Source: Octopus sinensis
Taxonomy: Eukaryota
Direction: 5' to 3'
Assembly (NCBI RefSeq): GCF_006345805.1
Contig: NC_042999.1
Span: forward strand, 160,146,001 to 160,210,000
Length of the DNA: 64,000 bases
The position numbers and the translations under genes are program-made. The notes under the pieces were generated by a model. It was not told the DNA's origin. It did not search any database and saw only the letters and a list, made by a program, of their open reading frames with translations. Shown piece by piece: positions 49,346 through 63,059 of this stretch (the stretch's first letter is position 1; the number at the start of each line of letters is the position of its first letter).

Positions 49346-49696
49346 GGAAAGATGCGGTATCGCATTCGTGAATACTTATATTTGTACCTTATATCCACAC
49401 CCCAATTATTCCTAAAAAAATAAGAGAAAAAAACAGTGGCCAAGTTTTGGAAAGGCAAAAAGTAGTAGTGTTGAAAAAACGTGGTGTTGTTTCTATCTCT
49501 TCACGTTCTGACGCATTTTACGTTCAGGCCGGCTCTTTCCGTTCTATGTTCAAATCTCCCCGAAGTTGTCATTGTCTTTTATCCCTCGGGAATAATAAAA
49601 TAAAGCGCCAATTTGTTACTGCAGTCAACAGTATCAAATAAACGGTCCCTTAAAATCTGCTGCCCTTAATTAGAAAGTTGCACACACACACACATA

Positions 49697-49739
<43 letters not shown>

Positions 49740-50057
49740 CACACACACACACTCATGTATACAGGGTTGGCCAAAGGTTACCCGACAGTAAATCAGATCC
49801 ATTTAATTCACAGATTTATTAATAAAAGCAACCAAATATATAACACCATGATCCTTGGTGTTGGAAGTTAAGTAAGCTTCGAGAAGTACGGATATATATA
49901 TATATCAATCAATATCAGGATAGCAAACAAATTCAAGAGAAATTTTTTCGCCACCAGCGGTCTAGTGAGAAGGAAAAAATAGTCAACAGACTATATAATG
50001 TACATTCAACAATAATATTAAGGAATGGCCTTGATAGGCCATTCCTTAATATTATTG

Positions 50058-50108
<51 letters not shown>

Positions 50109-50252
50109 CAGCCCAAGGGCTGTGGGCATATATGTTTGAATATTTATATACATCACATTATCAGCAGTGGCTGAACCAGAAAGGTCATTATGTATGTATG
50201 TATGTATGTATGTATGTATGTATGTATGTATGTATGTATGTATGTATGTATG

Positions 50253-50345
<93 letters not shown>

Positions 50346-50351
50346 CATAAA

Positions 50352-50746
50352 TATATATTATATAAAATCCGTTCTGACTGTCTGTCTGTCTGTGTGTCTT
50401 CTAGGATCTCGGGCATCCTCCATCATATTGCACTAAAATTTGATAGCTAGATACTGACGGTATCAGGGCGTGTATAAGTCTTGAAAAAATTACAAAAATC
50501 GATTCCAGGTGAGAATGCGATCGATAAAGCCGTGGGAATGTGCACTTGTACGCGCAAGTACATCAGCTGTTGCGATCGATACTACGCGTACGCGAGAAAA
50601 ATGCACGTGCAGTTTGTGCAAAAAAAAGGCCGGCTTTCTTGAAATAATGCCACAAAATGGGACGGTCAGACAAGTTGCTTTGAGAAAATTTGGTTGAAAT
50701 GTTTGACAACTCAGCACCGTCCATTGGACGGGGGACGTTTTGCTCG
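50352..50746 (+). mobile_element. Helitron-like element, family H2
   Basis: TATATAAAATCC..(CTGT)n head; 3' hairpin CCGTCC-ATT-GGACGG, then CTCG|T. Confidence 0.6.
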
Positions 50747-51009
50747 TATATACATATATACAAACAATAACAAAGATGGGTGAAGCTTTACACAGGTATT
50801 TCAGACATATTCTTTATTGAACAAAACAATTACGTCGTGTAAAAAAATCGTTTTCTGCTGGTGAGTTAAGAGTAAAATTTAACATTTAGGTTTTTCACAC
50901 AAACAGTATATAATGCGTATTGACCCTCACATTTAGGTTACAGCTGTGAGAATGTGAATGCATGCATAACTGGAAGGACAAATCTGTGTAGACATATAGA
51001 AAGTAAATC

Positions 51010-51260
51010 TATCTATCTATATATCTATCCGCTCAGTCGAAGTCGACTCTCGGTTACTCGTTGGATCAGTGTCCTCCAGTCAGTTCTATCCTGGGCCGCT
51101 TCTTTCATATTGGCTATGTTCATTCCGGTATCACTCCTGATGGTGTCAAGCCAGCGGGTTCTTGGTCGGCCTCTTCCTCTCTTGCCACTGACCATTCCGA
51201 GCATGATGTCCTTCTCCAGGGATTTTCTCCGCATAATATGACCGAAATATGTAATCGATA
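51010..51260 (-). mobile_element. RTE LINE 3' end
   Basis: LEKDIMLGMVSGKRGRGRPRTRWLDTI...AAQDRTDWR. Confidence 0.8.
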
Positions 51261-51276
51261 GGTAGAACTACATGCT

Positions 51277-52010
51277 TTAGTATTTAGTCGACACTCCCTT
51301 TGTAGTTTTTAATTCAGAAACTCTTTTTGGCATTGGACTGATGAGCTTTGTGATTGTCTCTTGTGGAATTTCTGCCCACTTTTCACGCAACAATCGAAAC
51401 AATTCATCTTTAGATTTAGGTTTCTGTCGAGCTTTTAGTATAGCTCTATCTAGTATACTCCAAAGATTTTCAATTGGGTTCATGTCAGGAGATTGGCTCA
51501 GCCAAGGAAGCTTTTTGATCCCATTTTCAGTCAGCCATTGTTGATTCCTTTTCGCTGTGTGGCATGGAGCCCCATCTTCCATGAATAAAAACTAATTTTT
51601 CGTTATGTTATCGTGTGAATACATCGGAGGTAGTCTCTGCTTAAATATTTCGGTGTATTTTTCAGAGTTTATGGTTCCAACACACTCGGTCAGCTCAGAA
51701 CGACCAATGCTGGTCTTGATTGGGAAGCCTCCAGACCCAAACACGTCCACTGTCTGAAAATAATGCAAATCTGGATTCATCTGAGAAAATCACTCTATCC
51801 CAAAATGAACTGGATTTTTCTGACATCTCCTTAGCCCATTTCTTTCTTTTCGTGATATTAATTGGTTGAAGGAGAAGTTTTCTTCTAGCTGCTCGTCCAT
51901 AATACCCAATCTTATGCAGATATGTAATACATGTTCTTGGACTAACTTCTAGCTGTTTTGCAATGTCAGAAGCCTTCGGACGGGGTTCGTTTTCCACAAT
52001 TCTCTTCAAA
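51277..52010 (-). pseudogene. Tc1 (DD34E) transposase pseudogene
   Basis: VIFSDESRF, then MEDGAPCH with 34 residues to SPDMNPIENLW; internal deletion and stop. Confidence 0.9.
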
Positions 52011-52697
52011 CAGGTATATATATATATATATATAATATATATATATATAATTCCTTTTATATTCTATATTATTATATTTCTGGCACTCGTGATCTCCAGG
52101 CATCTAATATATAAGATCCTTCCGATAGTGAAAAGAGGTTAAATCCTTCACATGGTAGTATCTAAAATGAAACGTCGTTTATATTTGAGGCCGTGGTTAA
52201 GTTTAAACACGGATGGAACATGATGAAAATACAGCCAAACCCACCTCATCTTTGTGTATATGTAGGACTATATTATTCAATGTGCCTTTCAGTTTTTTTT
52301 TTACTAAGATGGTTAGTTGTAATTTTAAGGAGATTTGTACAGAAACTCCTTCATTGGTTCAAATAAAAGACATAAATACTGCAAACGGTACTGGAAACTG
52401 TGAGTCCTTGCAAATATAGTGGAGCAATACTTTCGATCAGGTTCTGCTCTTGAATAAATGAAATGATTAGAAATTTCGTTACGCTAAAATAATTAACGAT
52501 ACCAAAGCATTGTTAAATGTTAATAGACTGTTATAATGTTTGGTAGATACAATTAGGTGATTGTTATTGAAAAAAGTAGTTATGCAGGGTTGCATTATCC
52601 GTATAAGAATATACAGAGTTTCTGACAGAACCGGATCTAGTCATAAGTTAATTAGAAAGTTATACACACACACACAACACACACACACTCATGTATA

Positions 52698-52906
52698 CAG
52701 GGTTGGCCAAAGGTTACCCGACAGTAAATCAAAACCATTTAATTCAAAGATTTATTAATAAAAGCAACCAAATATATAACACCATGAAAATTGTTGAAAC
52801 TGAAGTCCTTCTTGAGCGACACATTTTTCCATTCGAGTCAGTAGAGAATCACAGACAGTATTTATGGAATTTTGATATACTGTCGGGTGACTTTTGGCTA
52901 ACCCTG
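52698..52906. mobile_element. Tc1/mariner-type MITE; a half copy lies at ~49760-49848
   Basis: TA|CAGGGTTGGCCAAAGGTTACCCGACAGT ... ACTGTCGGGTGACTTTTGGCTAACCCTG|TA. Confidence 0.8.
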
Positions 52907-53852
52907 TATATAATATATAAATATAAGATCCTTGGTGTTGGAAGTTAGTAAGCTTCGAGTAGTATGGATATATATATATAATATCAACCCAAGGGCTGTG
53001 GGCATATATATTTGAATATTTATATGCATCACATTATCAGCATCTTTGTACCTCACAATCTGCTGGACCTCAAAATGATTAAATGGCATGTATGTTTTCA
53101 AGCTTGTATCATTAAGGGCCCACTAAAGCTTTCTTGGAGATGTATACTCAATAAGTTGGAAGTAATGAAATATGCATAACCAAGGCACTTGATCCTTGTT
53201 GTCCCGGATTAAGACATTTGATAATGATCGGAGACCAAATTAAAAATTACAAAATGTTTCATCTTTAAAGTTAAAGGACTGAAAAATTATTATCATATTA
53301 TATTTTGATATAATCGTATTAATTTTGATATTAAAAGATAGGCGCCATGAATGACTTCTATGAAAAAAGAAGGAATTGTCTTCAAACCGAGTTCTTGATC
53401 CAAAGGCAACGGCGTGAAATTCACTAAATATTTAGGCAATGATGTTAAACTGAGCGACGGATTAAGTCAAGCCCTAACTCCCACAAAAAGCAGATGCAAT
53501 TCTCTGACAATTTCTGTCTTCTCAAATTCACTGGCAGCAGCAAAGAAACCTCTATGTGACCACTCCGCTAGAAATAGTAACCATATCTTCCTCAGATCGC
53601 TGCTCGCCGCCTTAAAAAATGGTGGTACACATTGTTTATCTAGTCCTAGATATACAAAACGATAAGATGGTCACGGCTGTGATGTCTTTGATCATGGATC
53701 TCTTTGATTAGAACTGACCATGATGGAGGTCGACAACAACTCAATTTCACTCGTCAGGTTTGGTCGACCTTAGGCTACGGTAGAAAATACTTCCCCAAGA
53801 TTCCAGGTAGTGGAACGGCACTTGAACTACGTGATTGCTAAATAAACTTATT

Positions 53853-54279
53853 ATAGGCGCAGGAGTGGCTGTGTGGTAAGTAGCTTGCTTACCAACAACA
53901 TGGTTCCGGGTTCAGTCCCACTGCGTGGCACCTTGGGCAAGTGTCTTCTGCTATAGCCTCGGGCCGACCAAAGCCTTGTGAGTGGATTTGGTAGACGGAA
54001 ACTGAAAGAAGTCCGTCGTATATATGTATATATATATATATATATGTGTGTGTATGTTTGTGTGTGTATGTTTGTGTGTCTGTGTTTGTCCCCCTAGCAT
54101 TGCTTGACAACGATGCTGGTGTGTTTATGTCTCTGTTACTTAGCGGTTCGGCAAAAAAGACCGATAGAATAAGTACTGGTCTTACAAAGAATAAGTCCCG
54201 GGGTCGATTTGCTCGACTAAAGGCGGTGCTCCAGCATGGCCGCAGTCAAATGACTGAAACAAGTAAGTAAAAGAGAGAG
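53853..54279 (+). mobile_element. SINE family A
   Basis: Full-length copy. Confidence 0.9.
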
Positions 54280-54779
54280 CCAACCAGTCAAGCATATCTT
54301 CGTCCGTCCACACTGGAAAAGACGAATACATTTAGTGGCCCCCGAAAGAACATCATTATTTTTTAATGTTACTTTGTTCCAACACATGATTCCTTCAATT
54401 CGGAGAGATATGTTGTGATAGTGTTTTGTATCAAAGTACAGAAAACTAACTACAAGTAATATGTTTACGACTACTCTTTTCTCTCTATGTTGCACTGAGA
54501 AACACTCAAGGGTGGACGTTGTTCCCTAATATCAGTAACCGCCATTGGAATCTTACTCTCTTATCAGGTATAAACTGACTTTAGATTCACTGGTGATTGT
54601 GCCTTGATGAATAAGCGTGAGTGTATGAACAGTCTGTGTGTGTTTGAGTGTGTGTGTTTGAGTGTGTGTGTTTGAGTGTGTGTCTGAGTGTGTGCGAGTG
54701 TGAGCGTATGTGTTTGAGTGTATGTGCATGCGCGTGCGTTATTCTCTCTGTGTGTACGTGCGTATGTGAGTGAGTGAGC

Positions 54780-54855
<76 letters not shown>

Positions 54856-55063
54856 GCCAGCGTGTAAAACAAACTCGACAGAATAATTGTACATAATCAC
54901 AATAAGAGTCAATAATACTAACACTGATAAGTGAATGAATCTTAACAGACTTTGATGCCTCTTAGTAACTTTTTCAGACACGATAACGTGGTTCATTTGC
55001 TTAAAAATTCAAGTTATAAATTGCTGTTCCAGGATCTAATCACGGTGGAGTTGAAATTATACA

Positions 55064-55275
55064 CTTTTACTCTTTTACTCTTTTACTTGTTTCAGTCATT
55101 TGACTGCGGCCATGCTGGAGCACCACCTTTAGTGGAGCAGATCGATCCCGGGACTTATTCTTTGTAAGCCCAGTACTTATTCTATCGGTCTCTTTTGCCG
55201 AACCGCTAAGTGACGGGGACGTAAGCACACCAGCATCGGTTGTCAAGCAATGCTAGGGGGACAAACACAGGCACA

Positions 55276-55331
<56 letters not shown>

Positions 55332-55499
55332 CATATATACGACAGGCTTATTTCAGTTTCCTTCTACCAAATCCACTCACAAGGCATTGGTCGGCCTGGG
55401 GCTATAGCAGAAGACACTTGCCCAAGATGCCACGCAGTGGGACTGAACCCCGAACCATGTGGTTGGTTAGCAAACTACTTACCACACAGCCACTCCTGC
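55064..55499 (-). mobile_element. SINE family A
   Basis: Full-length copy, reverse orientation. Confidence 0.9.
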
Positions 55500-56171
55500 T
55501 GTGTTAACTAAATGGAAATTATATTTTCTAAAGTGTCTTATATAAAATATCTATGGCACAGATTTGGTCAATGAGGAACTGAAGAGAACTTCAGAAGGCA
55601 TAACTTGCCGTATGTTCAGCTGGTGTCTCAGACATTAGTGGTTATGACATCCAAAGTAGTTAGTTTGGAGTACTTTAGCCACCCTAGGATGGTGCAGGTT
55701 AAAATGCAGAGTAGCACTAAATGCAATAGTAGAGGGGTATCCAGGAATGAAAACCAGGTTGCGACCCAGTTCATAGTATGAATAGTTAAGGGCCTAAACA
55801 CTTGTATAAGGTGGGGGGCTTCTTCTCTTAAAAACTGATACCCAACACTTCATAGAGTTTCTTGCTACACTACCACTTTTATTTAGTCAAAATACAACTA
55901 GACTTAGAAATGTTATTGTTCCCAACAAATATAAGGGTCTGATGCGCAGACATGAGAATACTTACAAAGAAAGAAGTTATAAAAAGCACACAGTCCAGTC
56001 ATGTTTTCAATGCAACATGTTCTCCTCCACACACACACTTAAGCGAAGATGAGCCCGAGAGTAATGGTGCAACTTTTTTCTTATTAATTGATAGAGGACG
56101 TTCAAATTGTACACGTTGGTAGTAAAACTCTTCCTCTCTACAAAGGTATTACTCAATATAATCACCCATCG

Positions 56172-56822
56172 AAGGTGGCGAGCAGGCAGAATCGTTTGCA
56201 CGCCGGGCAAAATGCTTAGCGGCATTTCGTCCGCCGCTGCGTTCTGAGTTCAAATTCCGCCGAGGTCAACCTTATCTCTCATCCTTTCGGAGTCGATTAA
56301 ATAAGTACCAGTTACGCACTGGGGTCGATGTAATCGACTTAATCCCTTTGTCTGTCCTTGTTTGTCCCCTCTGTGTGTAGCCCCTTGTGGGCAGTAAAGA
56401 AATAACAATCGTTTGCACGCCGGGCAAAAGGCTTAGCGGCATTTCGCCCGTCTTCACGTTCTGAGTTTAAATTCCGCCGCGGTCAACCTTACCTCTCATC
56501 CTTTCGGAGTTTGATAAAATAAGTACCAGTTACGCACTGGGGTAGATGTAATCGACTTAATCCCTTTGTCTGTCCTTGTTTGTCCTCTCTGTGTTTAGCC
56601 CCTTGTGGGCAGTAAAGAAATAAGAATCTTTTGCACGCCGGGCAAAATGCTTAGCGGCATTTCACCCGTCTTTACGTTCTGAGTTCAAATTCCGCCGAGG
56701 TCAACCTTATCTCTCATCCTTTCGGAGTCGATAAAATAAGTACCAGTTGAGCACTGGTGTCGATGCAATCGACTTATTCCTCACACGATATTTCTGGCCT
56801 TGTGCCAAAATTTGAAACCAGT
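56172..56822 (+). mobile_element. Tandem trimer of SINE family B
   Basis: Units start at ~56172, ~56407 and ~56625. Confidence 0.85.
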
Positions 56823-56829
56823 GTAATCA

Positions 56830-57720
56830 CCATCAGAAGCAATGAATTTACGCCATCGTTGCACTTCCGAAACTTTTTTGAAAGAATTAGGTGCGTACTG
56901 TTGCACAAGTTTCTTCATCGTCACTTTCATCTTATCTGTTTCAACAAATCATTATCCTCAAAGAGCAGCCTTCATTGGATCAAACAAGTGGAAGTCAAAG
57001 GGCGGGCACCAGATCCGTGCTGTGCGACGGACAGGAAATACTGAACAGCCAAATTTACCGATTGCCTAATCCGTTGCCGAAGATACATGTGGTCGTGCTT
57101 GGTAAATGTGGATCGGTTTCAGATTCTTGTCTCATCTCTTCCTCTTAATTGCTTCTCTAAGGCCTTTAACGTCTCAATGCGCCGCACGCTGTTCACGCTA
57201 CAACCGTGTTCCAGAAATTCAAAGAAAATGACGCTCTTGTCATCCCATAAAACAAACACTACGACTTTCTGTGCCAATCGCTGGCTCTGGAACTTCGTCT
57301 TGGAGGAGAGTTGTGACACCATTCCATGGACTGATTTTTCATCTTCAAATTGTAAAGATACACCCACATTTCATCCATTGTTACCAGATCGGAAAAGAAT
57401 CAAACAAAAGAAAACATGTTTTCATTGGATTCAAATACTTTCTGCCGATCAGAGCAGTAAGTCTTCCACCTTCTTTTGTAATGCATTGTAATTACATTCC
57501 AGGGTTCTCGCTTGTCTCTCTGCACCAAACAAACCGTCAACTAGTTGGGGATTTGTGTCAGAGGTCGCACTTGATGGTCACTCACTGCCTGGTTTGTCTT
57601 CAATGCTTTGCAACTACTTGAAAAGCTTCTATCACTCTCTATACATTATTCTTGTCAATGATGTCCTCTCCAAAAAACAACTTATAGCCTTCTGTGGACG
57701 TCGTACGGCGCGTAACCCTC
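56830..57720 (-). pseudogene. mariner (DD34D-type) transposase relic
   Basis: LVTMDEMWVY, KVVVFVLWD.KSVIFFEFL and a decayed SPDLAPSDFHLF-like motif. Confidence 0.7.
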
Positions 57721-57899
57721 ATTCATCAAGAACTAAATGAAGGCAAGCTTCTTCTTTTTGGATCCTAATATTTGCATGCAATAAAGACAAACAAGAAAAA
57801 AATACTACAGAAGAAAAATCTCTCTACCAATCTGAGCAACCGATGTCATTTAATAAATAAATTATGTCCATTTTCACATTACTTTCCGTAAAATCCTCC

Positions 57900-58152
57900 T
57901 ATACATACATATGTATATACATGGATGCATGTGTATGTATGTATGTATGTATGTATGTATGTATGTATGTATGTATGTATGTATGTATGTATGTATGTAT
58001 ATGCATGTATGTATGTATGTATGTATGTATGTATGTATGTATGTATGTATGTATGTATGTATGTATGCATGTATGTAAATGCATGTGAGTATAGATAGGT
58101 ATATACATACATATAGTATTTATCCGCATACACACACACACATATATGTATG

Positions 58153-58186
<34 letters not shown>

Positions 58187-58260
58187 TGTATGTATGTATG
58201 TATGTATGTATGTACGTACGTATGTATGTATGTATTTATGTATGTATGTATGTATGTATG
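57900..58260. repeat. (ATGT)n microsatellites
   Basis: Seen directly. Confidence 0.95.
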
Positions 58261-58325
58261 TCAGGTCACTTTCGAGTCAGGTCGAGTCATGTGTGTGCAT
58301 GTCAGGTCACTTTCGAGTGCTACTG

Positions 58326-58685
58326 GTAACATGTAACCCAGTACAACCTGTTGCATGGTCGGGTCGTCGGCGACTAAACCGACAACCCCACCAAGCTTGC
58401 TTGGTGAAGAGGGTGTTTATTGGTCACCCTGCCGGATGAAAAACAAAACCCGTCAAAGGGCGGAGGAACTCTTGCGAGTCAACGGCCATCCAATAAATGT
58501 CTTAAAGCTGTATCATGCGCGGGGACATAGAAATAATCGGACTGAATACTCGATCGCGCGATTAAACCATTGGGAGAGAAGGACTCCTAGCCTTTGTTAG
58601 GGCATCCTTCTAGGAGAAGGTAACTCAGGTAACTGGGATAACTCCGACATAAAACCTGCGGCTCAGTGGTTACCGATGATGTTGA
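58326..58685 (+). mobile_element. Probable RTE 5'UTR-like fragment
   Basis: GGGCATCCTTCTAGGAGAAGGTAACTC resembles an RTE 5'UTR motif as I recall it; not verified. Confidence 0.35.
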
Positions 58686-59440
58686 CTTGTTCTTCTTTTC
58701 GGATTATGGCTGCTGTTGCTTAGTGAGTGGGATTGACTCAGTGCACAGCCTTTCCTCACTTAAAAAAATCTTCTTGCACAGGCATTGCACGATAACAACA
58801 TTGATTAAGATTCGTGCAATGGGGCAGCATACTCGATAACAATGGGGCAGCCACCACCATGTATGTATGTATGTATGTATGTATGAAAAATAGAAGTTGA
58901 AAATGCATTGTGAATAGTTAAAATATTTTTCAAAATTTTGAAATAGAAAGACGTGGTTTATGTCGCATCTGTTTTGCTTCTGACTAGTGTTTGAAGTCTG
59001 TCCTATTTTTATAGGGAGTTCATGGTTCAAATCAGTATATGTTTTGAATAGAGATTGATTGGTAGAGAATAGTCACATGATTGCTCTTGGAAATTTTTGT
59101 TGGATCTCCGCTACGTCCGTGTGTTAGTATCAAGTGACAATGTTTAGCGTCGTAAGTTAAGGCTGACACGGTTGACTGAACAAGTCTGGTTGTGATACAA
59201 ACCAATCAATTCTCTGGATGTTTTCTGTCAAGTTTGTAGAGAATGAACACGTGATTAAGTTTAGAACTTTTCAGTCCGCGCGTTAGCGTCACGTGGCAGT
59301 ATATTTTGCGTAATATACTGTGAAACCGGTTAAATCTTTAAATATAATAATAAAAAATATCTTAACTACTCTCGGTGCATTTTCAAATTCTACTTTTCCT
59401 ATATTTCCACCCGTGTGGAATGATCTAAATTTGTTTGCAA

Positions 59441-59475
<35 letters not shown>

Positions 59476-59629
59476 CTTTTACTCCTTTACTTGTTTCAGT
59501 CGTTTGACTGTGGCCATGCTGGACCACCACCTTTAGTCGAGCAAATCGACCCCAGGACTTATTCTTTGTAAGCCTAGTACTTATTCTATCGGTCTGTTTA
59601 GCCGAACTGCAGAGTATCTCAAAATTTTA

Positions 59630-59990
59630 GAAGAATTTTTGTTACCTTGGATTTTGAAGCATTACTATGCAAGTCGAGTCATGTTTGTACAGGACTCTGC
59701 GCCTGCCCAGTCTTCGATAAGAGAGCAAGAATTTATGAAGAAGGAATTGCTCATGTTGGCTCCTAAAGATATCTGGCCCTCTAGCTTACCAGATTCAAAT
59801 CTGTGTGATTTTTGGCTTTGGGCTGCAGTTGAAGCAATATCCAACGCAATTTCTCATAAATGTGTGTCTTCATTAAAGGTTTCGATCAATGAAAAATGAA
59901 AAAGAAAGAAATAGTTAAGGCATGCGCATCGTTTCGTAAACGGATTGAATTGGTAAAGTAAGTAAATGACGGTCACATTGAACTGAAAAA
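59630..59990 (+). pseudogene. maT (DD37D) transposase 3' fragment
   Basis: VQDSAPA with 37 residues to PDSNLCDFWLW. Confidence 0.75.
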
Positions 59991-60699
59991 GTGCTAAATA
60001 CTCCACAATAAATTGGCATAGACATAGAATTTGCAGTGTTTGACTTTAAATACATATGCACGCACACACATACATACAAACCTACCTACATACATATATA
60101 CATATACGTGAGGTGTGTGTGTATGCATGCTGTTTATTGATTTCTGTCTATATAAAGAAATGCTAATTGTTTAATGAAGAACGAGAGAAGCACCACAGCT
60201 TTTTTGTTTTGTTGCCAAGCCAGTCCAGAAATGATTAACTGTTTATTTAATTGTTCAGATCATTAAACGGTTGACTGGCTAGCTGAATAATTTTGTTATA
60301 CATTTATATGCACGTGTCATATCTATCCATAAAGAAACATATATGCATGTGTATATGCGTACCTGTGAGTGTGTTCGTACGCATGTGCTTGGATATACAT
60401 ACTTGGTGTTTTGTGCACGCTTGTGTGATGATTGTTTAAAAAATAATCAGTAATTTGTAATAGTACCTGTAGCAAAAACAAATCCTTAATATTTAGTGGT
60501 GACTTAGTTTGGTTCTCCTGGAAAAGTTTTTTGTACTAAAAAAAAAATTCTATTTCTACAGAGTTTTTACATGTTTAATTTTAAAGTAAATTGTTTCAAT
60601 AAAATATTTCTTCATTTCTTTCCCGTATTTTGAAGCACTCTTGGGCATTTATAGAATGGGAAAATCTTGAATTTGTTGTCTTCGTAGATATCTAAATGT

Positions 60700-61752
60700 T
60701 CGTTCAATGGGACCGTCGCAATTCCACGTCTAATCCGCTGTTTATGCGATCTTACTCTTTCATATTTGGTGGCCCATAAATATTTGGAGAGTGTCTTCAG
60801 AAAAAAAGTTCTGCATCATTGTTTATGTGGTTGATAAACCTACTAGAAAAGCAGCCCAAAACAGAAAGACGTATACACCGGGTGATAGTTATATTTTGGT
60901 CCATTCCTGTTCTTTTTCGAATGCGTCGATCATGTCTTTTCACAAATCTCTAGCACCATGTAATTGCCTTTTAGAATAATTTATTTGAAGGTCATTGCTT
61001 TTTTCTAGTTCCCATAATTATCATCTTTGCTGATATGGTAATGCTAGATTTTGTATGATGAAGTATCAACATCTTCAACTGTTCTTCCAATGTAGGGCAT
61101 TTGACAACACCATTTCGAAAATGCCATTTTTCTGTGTGATAAAGATTTCTGCTCGTTTTCTTGTATTGCGCATTCAGTTGGTGGCTCTCAAAAAGGTCTA
61201 ACTCTAGCCCGTTCACTGCTTTTTCATCATTTAATCTTAATAGACTATTTGTTAAGCGGAAATTTAAAATAATTATGTATCTTTTGCGAATAAATACAAC
61301 TGATCCAGATGAGCTCCGCATTCAGCCTCGTGTTGCCATTAACTAATCAGAAAAAAAACTGTGTTCCAGTCAGATTACCTTGAAATCAACCCTTATTCGA
61401 TATTCAATCCTTGGCTCTTTGCGATATCTCACAACGAGCAGTCCTCACATTGAAGTGAAGCAAATGCTTTGATTCTTTTATCACAGACCAAATAAATGAA
61501 ATTATTTGGCCTGTATTACTTAATTTAATTCCTAAAATACAGATATAACTTTTATATTAATATATTTTTATATTAATATACATTGATTTACATGCATAAT
61601 TATTTACGAAATAGTCGAATCTTTTAAGAAAATAAATTTACGCCAAAAAATTAACTTTTTCATATAAGATGCAGCAGCATCTTATATGAAAGGTCACTTT
61701 TACAGGTCAGTTTTTGGAAAGCAAAATGTGCTACACACCGTCAAAAACAGTA
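60700..61752 (-). pseudogene. pogo/CENP-B-like transposon relic
   Basis: CPTLEEQL...ITISAKMI HTH-like segment; decayed TACTGTTTTT...TATAAGATGC terminal motif near 61660-61752. Confidence 0.45.
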
Positions 61753-62804
61753 AGTATCTTGACTACAAGCACACCACTCGCAGAACTATTGGTATGACAC
61801 GAAACGCAATTTTTGTTGGAGTAGGTATAATCCGTTTAATCGATTCTCCTATATTAGCTGCACTTATTCTATAGACCCCCGCAAAGGAATTAAAGTTTGA
61901 CCTGGTGGGATATCAACCTTTGGATGTTTGAGGTACTGAACGTATCAGTCGCTAAGTTTTGTAAATAACTATTTACATGAAGATGTGTGTGTATGTGTTG
62001 AGATATGTATTAGTTAATTGTTGTACAATCTGGTAAATATGTAAGTCATTAAATGTCTATTTAAATTGAGACTGTCACATGAAGACAATTTGTTAACACG
62101 CGTTGTTCAGACAAGTCTATCAACTGCATTTATCTGCTTCTATTTCGTCTTCGTCCATCCACCGTCACCACCCTTTCATTCTTCGTGGAAACGTTCAGTT
62201 GGTCTTTGCAAAGTATCTGTTTCATATATCTTTATTACACCAAACAAATGCACTCTGTGCATTTAAACATTTATCATTGCTATATAACCAGCTTTGTTCA
62301 TATAACTTCTTCAGTTTTGTTGCATTTCGTTCATATTTTGAAAATCTTCAATTCATAGTTAATGTTTAATTTATTGTTTGATTAAAAGCTATAATTTTTA
62401 GTTGGAAATGAATGTCATTTGTAATATGATATTTAAATGATAGCAGGGGAGCGAGCAAAGACAGCATAATGCTGAATGAACATTCTTTCTCGCTTTTTTT
62501 TACCCCTAAATATTTTTTGAGTTCAAATTCCACCGAGCTCGATTTTAGCTTTTATTTCTCAACGAAGTAGGGGTTGATCTGTTATGTTCTGTTCTGATGC
62601 AATCGACTGTTCCTCTCCCAATAAATCTGCTGTCTAGAACTGATGAAAAAAAAAATTGTTGATATTAAAACAGGAATCAGAGCCAATAATGGAGCCCTTG
62701 TGTGGTCAATAGAGCCGGTAGAAACAGTTGCTATAGCTTCATCAAATCGCTCATCCGGAAGAAACAGTAACCAAATCTCTATCGCTATCGAAGAAGGAAG
62801 AAAG

Positions 62805-63005
62805 GCGGTGCGCTGGCAAAAAGAAACGTTAGCATGCCGGACAAAATGTTTTGCTGCATTTTGTCCGTCTTTATGTTCTGAGTTCAAAGTTCGCCAAGGT
62901 TGACTTTACTTCGGTAAAATAAGTACCAGTTGAGTACTGGGGTCGATGTAACTGACTTACTCCTCCCCTCAAATTGCTGGTCCAGTGCCAAAATTTGAAA
63001 TCAAT
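62805..63005 (+). mobile_element. Diverged SINE family B variant
   Basis: GCTGGCA..AACGTTAGCA...GAGTTCAAA head; tail shared with the third unit at 56625-56822. Confidence 0.7.
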
Positions 63006-63059
63006 ATTAAAGAAGGAAAGAAAAACTGGATAATATAATCCTATATACATTAGAGTGGA

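Noticed and set aside
53740-53775. CTGACGAG..GAAA on the minus strand as a hammerhead (CTGATGA at 43182 and 51328 also checked)
   Set aside because: No stem II between core and GAAA, or no GAAA with matching stems I and III.
58326-58685. HDV-like ribozyme in the RTE 5'UTR-like segment
   Set aside because: I could not build P1/P3/L3/P1.1 pairings by eye; would need a descriptor search.
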